Source of the DNA: Rotaria socialis
Taxonomy: Eukaryota
Length of the DNA: 55,938 bases
Reading direction: 5' to 3'
Assembly: GCA_905331295.1 (NCBI GenBank)
Contig: CAJNYD010000045.1
Coordinates: 1-55,938 of the forward strand
Part shown: positions 48,937 to 55,938 of the stretch, piece by piece
Layout: each line of letters begins with the position of its first letter
Numbering within the stretch: position 1 is the first letter of the stretch
The notes under the pieces: model-generated
What the model was told of the DNA's origin: nothing
Database searches by the model: none
The model's input: the letters and a program-made list of their open reading frames with translations, nothing else
Made by a program: the position numbers and the translations under genes

Positions 48937-50360
48937 ATGGAAGACAATTCAATCGTCAATGATAATCGACATCATGATAATAGTTATGTATCAACATGTA
49001 CAATACGTGGCGTACCAATTGTAAGTTTAATTACGGATGGCAAAGAACGTCTAAGTTTGGCACAAATATCAAATGATTTATTAAAAGGTTTTAGTTATAA
49101 TGAAATACATAATCGACGTGTTGGTGCGTAGAAAGATTTGAATTGGCATAGTTTCTTGTTACATTCAAAATTTTTTTCTTAGCATTAGGTATAACTTGTG
49201 TTCAATGTACACCTGTTCAATTAGAATTACTAAGACGAGCAGGTAAGCAGCGTGATTCGTAGAACCAAAACAAATTGATAAACTTTTGTGACATTTATTT
49301 CAAAGGTGCTATGCCAAGTTCATCTCGACGTTGTGGTATGATAACTCGTCGTGAAGCTGAACGCTTAGTTAATTCATTTCTTGAATCAACAAAACCATTA
49401 AATTTACCGGAAAATTTCGTTTTTGAAGTTTATCATCATTGTGCATGGGGATGTCGTGGTTTATTTATTCCCATACGATATAATAGTTCACGAGCAAAAT
49501 GTATCAGGTTAGATCTTAGTTTTCTAACTTTACTTTATACTTTTAGTTTCTTTTTGTTTTAATATAGATGTTCATTTTGCGATAGTTTCCTTTCACCAAA
49601 TAAATTTATATTTCATTCTCATCGTTTAGCGAATGTTACCTATGTTCAACCGGATAGTCCAAATTTCAATGCATGGCGTCGTCATTTACGTTTACATAAT
49701 CCAACTCAAAGTGAAGATTTAAGAGATGCATGGGAAGATGTCAAAGCTATGTTTAATGGTGGTAATCGAAAACGATCATCATCAGGAACCATAGCGTCCG
49801 GTAGTACTTTAAAGTTATCAGCAAAAAATAATTCGATCAATGAAAATTATGAACAAACAAATGAAACAAGTGACGAAGATAAAGAAGACGATGAAAAAAT
49901 TGAAGATAAAAAAGAGGATGATGAAAAAATAATTCTACCAATACCACCACCACCGAAAATACAAAAAACAAAAACAAGAGAAAAAAAACTACCAACCCAT
50001 AATGTTGTTTCATCAACAACAGTCGATGAACAATTATCGGAAATAAATATGTTTTTACCACCACCTTTGGCAACAGTACCAACAGTACCAACAGTACCAC
50101 TACCACCGCCACCACCATCAGCTCATTTCTTTCCTTTTCCACCACCATTACCATCATCAAATTCTCTATCACTTGTTACACTTAATTCAACTGATTGGTT
50201 GCAATTTTTTCGTTCACCATTATTTATCCCAAATTCTTTTCGTTTACCATTAGCATCCATGCCAAGGCGATTTCCATTTGAAATTAATCATTCGAATTCA
50301 TCAATTATTGGGAGCGGCTCACAATCAGCATTTAAACCACCAATTCAAAAACATAATTAA
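48937..50360 (+). CDS. SKOR: SKI family transcriptional corepressor SKOR1/2 (fussel) homolog; 4 exons
   Basis: Exons 48937-49123, 49183-49242, 49306-49507 and 49568-50360. Ski/Sno domain GVPIVSL..DGKERLSLAQISN.LLK.FSYNEIHNRRVALGITCVQCTPVQLE.LRRAGAMP.SSRRCGMIT. SMAD-binding domain HHCAWGCRG.F.P.RYNSSRAKCI…SPNKFIFHSH…FNAWRRHL…WEDVKAMFNGG. Confidence 0.95.
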
Positions 50361-51132
50361 TAAGAAAGAAAGAAAAAACAAATTTTTACGTTGTCATTTT
50401 GTTTCTGTTAGCTGTTTGTGACCAAGAATAAAAATAAATAAATAAATATTTCTAATGAATTTCATTCATTTTTAAATCAAAGACATATCTTTTTACTTTA
50501 GCAATAGCAAAACAACGAAAAGTCAACATTATTCTCATAGCCAAAAGATATCGTAAATTGTGTTTTGAAGTCTATTAGAGATAACCTTGACTTTTTACTA
50601 GTAGAAAAAAAACTTAGTCAAATATACTGATATAGAAGGGTTTCTCGCATCTGGACCCATCATTTACTCATATGTTTCTATTAGAAGTATTTTATTAAGA
50701 TCTCTGCTCCTTTTAATGTTTCTCTCGGATAGATACGCAAAAATATATAGTTTCATATTGTGTCTCTCGTAGGAAAATTCTTTTTTTCTTTCGTTTGGTT
50801 TGGTAGAAAAGCACTATAGATGAATTTCACCACCAGCTTTTGCACTACTTTAAAAATCTATTTACATTTACTATTCAAATGTAATCAACAGTATTGTTTG
50901 ATTTTAAAATGCGTTTGCAGTGTGTATATGTGTTCGATTGATGGCAACATGTTTGAGAGCGCACTCTATGTGAAGAAGGAAAGAAACAAAACAAAAAATT
51001 GTTACTATGCAGTTGTCCTGACGCGAGCTGTAATCATGGTATTGTTGCTGTTTTTTTTCTAAAGAATTGAGTGAAGAGCATAAAGTAATCTAATAAATAC
51101 AATAGAGTCTTTTCGTATTTGAGATATTAAAT

Positions 51133-52464
51133 ATGGCATCTACCACCAAATCCGATATGGACCGAATCGGTCTATTTAAAGAAATGGAATATGTTACAAT
51201 CAAAGATCCATTTAAAGGAGCTGCTAGTTGTGAGTTTAATTTAGTTAGATCTAATTAAAATTCATAAGTCATTTTTTTGCAAATTTTTAGTTACTTTCAA
51301 TGAAGCAGCTAGTAAGAATAAACAAATGATGTCAAAAAGCTCAAAACAACGAGCAACAGGATCATTAGCTGGATATTTTGATACTCAATTTAAATTATTG
51401 CCCGGTTCCTATGTTGACCCTATCTCAATGCGGCGTAAAGCACGTATGGAAGAAAAAAAGAAAAATATTGTCAGCAAGCCGTTTGTGACTATGTTTCGAC
51501 CGAAAGATCCGTACGTCAAGAGAAAAATGATATGTCGAAAAATTCAGTTAATTTATGTATATATATATATATATATTTATTTAGTGAGGGTCTAGGTTCG
51601 TTTTTTGGAACAATCGGTGGCGGTATAAAAGATCTCGATCCAACTAAATCAAAATATCGTGAAGAAAAAAAAGCGCCGCATGAAAAATCAAATTTTAAAG
51701 TAAATCCACCGAAAAAAGGCACAGGTTATGGGTAAGTTTCATTGTTCGGGGCGAGTTCTACTTTACATTGCTGTTTTTTCTTCTTCTACTAGTTATCCTA
51801 ATGTAGGTATTGATAAAGATCCTCCATATACTTACAAAGACAAAACAGATAATTATGACGCATCATTGGATGCTCAACGTGTAAGAGAAATTTCTTGTCG
51901 AGGAAAAACATAACAACAACAATCCTTTGATTTATTTAGAAAGACTATACTCATCATAAATCTTCAATGAAAGCAGGTGTATTCAAATTAAACATGCATC
52001 CAAAGGACTATTTTTATACTAATCCATTTCGTGATGATGGTAAAGGAGCTAAGCATCGTGGCGAGACTAAAGAACGTTCTAAATCAGCACCATCCGATAA
52101 GAAACCATTTAAATATAGTTCACCTGGCAAATCGGTTTGTTTCATGATTCGTCTAGAAAAAATATCAATTACTAGTGACATTTTCTTTTTCTAGCTTGGT
52201 GGTAACAAAGATGGTTGTTTTGATAAATTTCCTAAACGCAGTGATAAAGATCCATTTGTTATTGGTTCTATACATTCTCAAGTAAAAAATGAAGTTAACA
52301 AACATGGTAAAACATATTATCCAAATAAATTTCCTAGAACACGTCCCACTGAGTCTGTTATAAATAAAAATGTTAGCGTGAAAATTACACGACAAAATTA
52401 TAAACAAGCAACACAAAATTATCATGGATTTCAACTACCGCAAAGATGTGCTTCTGTTCATTAG
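51133..52464 (+). CDS. CFAP96: CFAP96 (C4orf47), copy 2; 6 exons
   Basis: KSDMDRIGLFKEMEY, FNEAASKNKQMM, GLGSFFGTIGG, PPKKGTGYGYPN and FKLNMHPKDYF. Same intron positions as copy 1. Stop TAG at 52462-52464. Confidence 0.9.
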
Positions 52465-52519
52465 AATGACTTTTTGATTTTTATTCTTTTTATTTTTTAA
52501 ATAGTTATACATATATATA

Positions 52520-53106
52520 TTAAATGTAAGGTTCTAATAATTGATCAAATTCTTGACGTTCTTCACGTGATAAAGACTTTAAATTAAAACCACGGATTTC
52601 AGGTTTTTTTTCTGCATCATATAGTTTTCTAATATTTTCTTTTAATTTTTTCTCTGCTTGGTTTATCTCAATATTCATTTGATCAAAGTCTAAATAAAAA
52701 CAAAAAATGAATAGTTATTTAAATTTCTAGAACTAATCTTTGTCTTTTTTTTTCTTTTTTTTCCTGGTACCTCGATCAATTAAACGTTTACAATCTTTTG
52801 TTGGTAATGCAAGAAAATTATTATTTAAACACATCCAATTTGTTTTTATGTTCTTCGGTTGTTTATGCATAGCTCTAAAAGACACAAGGTAGAGAAAGAA
52901 AAATGAATTGAAATTTCAGATAAAACCTACCGACTAGCTTCACGTAATTTATCACGTCGTTTATTTAACTCTATAATTTCTCGTCGTTCAGCAAGAACAC
53001 TTTCAGCTAATGATTCAATTTCTTCTAAATATTTTAGAACAAAATCTGGATCATCATGTACACCTGCTTGTGAAAGATGATGTATTTGCTGTTGTTGGTT
53101 TGTCAT
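52520..53106 (-). CDS. PDRG1: p53 and DNA damage-regulated protein 1 (prefoldin-like, PAQosome); 149 aa, 3 exons; absent from ORF track
   Basis: Exons 53106-52931, 52874-52771 and 52689-52520 give VLKYLEEIESLAESVLAERREIIELNKRRDKLREASRA…WMCLNNNFLALP…LYDAEKKPEIRGFNLKSLSREE, matching PDRG1 motifs (VLRYL.EVE.LAE.VL…KPEL.GFNL..L). Confidence 0.9.
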
Positions 53107-53697
53107 CTACAATCATTTTCAATTTATTATTTATCTTGAACAATTTCGAAAGTAAAATATTGTTGTTAACACTAGTACTGATGGTCCATCACAACACTCG
53201 TAAACACTGCTTGTTTAGTAGACATCAAACTGCACTATCTATTACATAATAGTTTCCGCTGATTGAAATCATATGTATTAAATACGACGCACGATTGGCA
53301 AATTTTTATAATTAGAATCACAAAAATGATACTTCCGGCGGAATTTTATAGGTCAGAAGTTTTCTATTAGCAAAATAACATGATATTTAGTTTTATAGGT
53401 TTTCATCGAAGACGTCACTATGTTTTTTTCCTTCAAAACTTGATATTCAGCCATTCGAATAGACAAATCAAAAGATTTAATCAATGTAATAGGAACTAAA
53501 AAGAAAAGGACTACTGCTGTTTATTGTTGTTTTATCACAATTACTATAAAAACAATTTAGTGTTAATAATTATTCATATATTTTTTAAACTAGTTCAAAA
53601 GCTAAACAAAAAGCAATAGAGCGAATGACGGGATAGATGGTTGAGTTTACTGTTGATATTCATATAAGAATGGAAATATTAATTTATTTGAGCAGGA

Positions 53698-54734
53698 TTA
53701 TTTGCTTTTTTGTTGTTCAAGAACAGCATCAATGTCCTAGACGGAAAGATAACAGAGTCTTTTAATGAAAACTAAATTTATTTCTTTTACTTTTTGAAGA
53801 ATTTCTTTTAATGCTTGATAAGCTGTATCGAGTTGATCATTTAATACAACATGATCATACATGCCTGGTACTTTACTAAATTCCATAGATTCTTTTGCTT
53901 CTTGTAAACGTTTTTCGATAGCAGCTTCACTTTCTGTGTTTCGACCACGTAAACGTTTTTCAAGAATTTCATAGCTTGGTGGGCTTATATAAATAAATAA
54001 GGCGTTAAGATCTGTATTCCGAATATTTTTAATGCCTTGTTTGTCAACATCAAGTAAACAAATACGACCTGTTTGAGCAACATCTTGAACAGATTTTTTA
54101 CTAGACAGAAAGAAAATGTTCAATTAGAAAAAAAGAATCCAAGACTGTCAATAACCTTGTTCCATAGAGATTCGTTGAGAATTCAGTTGTTTCAAGAAAT
54201 TCACCATTACTAATCATTTTTTCCATATCAGTACGAGCAACAAAATGATATTCTATGAAAATATAAATAAATGAAAAGTTAGAAATTTTACAAATGAAAA
54301 ATATTACCTCGGCCATTTTGTTCACCTGGTCGAGGAGATCTTGTTGTATCTAAATGATGATGATAATAATAATAATAACAATAATTTAGAATCCAAAACA
54401 AAACAAAAATAATTAAAGATAAAAATATTAACATACGAGATATACTAAAAGCAAATGCTGTTGGATATTCTTTGAAGAATTCAGAAATCAATGTACTTTT
54501 ACCAGATCTAAAATACAAATTCTCATTATATTTTCTTCTTCTAAAATTAGTTTTAATTGGTCAAACATTAGTACTATACCCGCTTGGTCCAGACAAAACT
54601 ATAGCTCGAGGTCCTAGTGCTGTTGTCGGAGGCATCTTTGAAAGAACTGGTGTACTTATTCTAGAAATACAAAAAAAAATTAAAAAAAAGAAGAACGAGA
54701 ATTCAAGTATAGATGGAAAATCCGACTGTAACAT
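53698..54734 (-). CDS. GUK1: Guanylate kinase, copy 2; multi-exon (start at 54734 or internal ATG 54635)
   Basis: PRAIVLSGPSGSGKSTL, FSIS.TTRSPRPGEQNG, YHFV, EFLETTEFSTNLYGTS, ICLLDVDKQGI, SPPSYEILEKRLRGR. Ends DIDAVLEQQKSK*. Same intron positions as copy 1. Confidence 0.95.
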
Positions 54735-55899
54735 GGTGATGGAAAATGTAAAGAAAAGAAAATAGCAGGAGCTCTTCTGAGCACAAACATCTTTAATCGT
54801 GTGAGAAGAAAAACCGTCTGTGGATATTTGCATGAGTGAAGAGAAAAAAGAAAAAAAGTCTCCTCCAACCAAGAGAATCACTGAGAGAAGTTATTCATCT
54901 AGATTATTATGGATGCTAGCTTCTAATTGATAAAAGATTCGAATTCTAAAAATAAGCTTTTTTTTTTATAGATTATGGTAAATAAATAAAATGGTTGATT
55001 AATTATGCAGGAAATTGATTCCAGAAAAATTTCATGATTTCCTTATTTTCAAAAAAAAAGGAATGCTTCCTATGTTCATCAAAACATGAAATAGGGCAAT
55101 AAATAAATTTCAATTCTTTTCACGAAAGAATTTGTTTTGTTTTTCGATCACAAAAATCAATTTGAAATGATTATGGCGAATATTCATGAGATTTTATTCA
55201 AGATTTTATACTTAAAATGAATTAATTATTTTTATAAACATGTTTCTGTATAGACCGTCGCTTATCGATTGAAACATAAATTCAAGTATTTCTTAAAAGA
55301 TGACTCTACATACTGAGAGTGATCAACGTTGATGCTAGCGGCTCTTACTATTTTATGGACATGTCTCCTTCAAAATATTTGCGTGTCTCATACAGACAAA
55401 CCATAATGAGCATCATTTCAACACATATTATCACTTTTCTAATGTAAAACATGTGTAATGAATGAAATAGCTATTTTTAGAATTGATTATTATTTAAATT
55501 TACTTGTTTTCTTCCGAAAAAAAAAAGAATTAATTAGATACTTACATATCTCTTCAGTTAATTTACATTAGACATTCACTTTTGATGCTCTGCAATATAT
55601 CATTAGCATGGGATCTATAAGTAAAGCAGTAATGTTCGTTAAATACTCGAGCGCACTATCAATGACTCTTTTTTATGCTAATTATGTGTTCATATTCATT
55701 GATGATATTTACACACATAGTACAATGAGCAGGTGAGATCACTCGGATTGAAGTGAAGATATCGTACAGCTAATCCGAATTGAGCAGTCGATTACACAAA
55801 TACAAAAACAGTCAAGTTTATTCTTTTGTAACATTTTAGTTAGGTGAAAACTAATTTTTTTTAACCAGTTAGGATCTTCATGTATAGTTTCTAATTCTG

Positions 55900-55938
55900 T
55901 TAAGGGGCTCCCCCCCCCCCTCAGAAAATCGATTTTTT
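55900..55938. mobile_element. Possible left end of a TTAA-targeting DNA element (Kolobok-like)
   Basis: TTAA|GGGGCTCCCC…AGAAAATCGATTTTTT at the window edge. Only the terminus is visible. Confidence 0.3.

Noticed and set aside
54900..55900. Second GLD-2 copy beyond guanylate kinase copy 2
   Set aside because: No nucleotidyltransferase motifs found in the remaining ~1 kb.

Overview
AT-rich eukaryotic (metazoan) genomic DNA with many 50-75 nt introns, so the ORF track fragments most genes. Gene content and style (NHL beta-propeller gene, Cys-rich secreted family, TGTGGG motifs) suggest a bdelloid rotifer; this is inference. I spliced the genes by hand. In order: SRSF3/7-like SR protein (-), RPL30 (+), an orphan amphipathic-helix gene (+), INF2-like formin (+), a 773-aa protein joining a Tc1/IS630-transposase-type bipartite HTH to two atypical C2H2 fingers and a coiled coil (+), an NHL pseudogene (-), CFAP96/C4orf47 (+), guanylate kinase (-), a GLD-2/TENT2 pseudogene (+), BUD31 (-), a Nup153-like nucleoporin (-), a Cys-rich secreted protein (+), a WxxW-domain serine pseudo-protease (+), SKOR/fussel (+), a second CFAP96 (+), PDRG1 (-) and a second guanylate kinase (-). 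The GLD-2 pseudogene and PDRG1 are not in the ORF track. Non-coding features include a complete 304-bp tRNA-derived SINE with a 12-bp TSD, DNA-transposon remnants, a 159-bp tandem array beside a 100-N gap, and two single-N joins with duplicated flanks. The most interesting items are the apparently domesticated transposase-HTH/zinc-finger factor, the old fractionated CFAP96-GUK duplication ~23 kb apart, the SINE, the decayed GLD-2 and the WxxW pseudo-protease. Family calls come from recalled motifs, not database searches.
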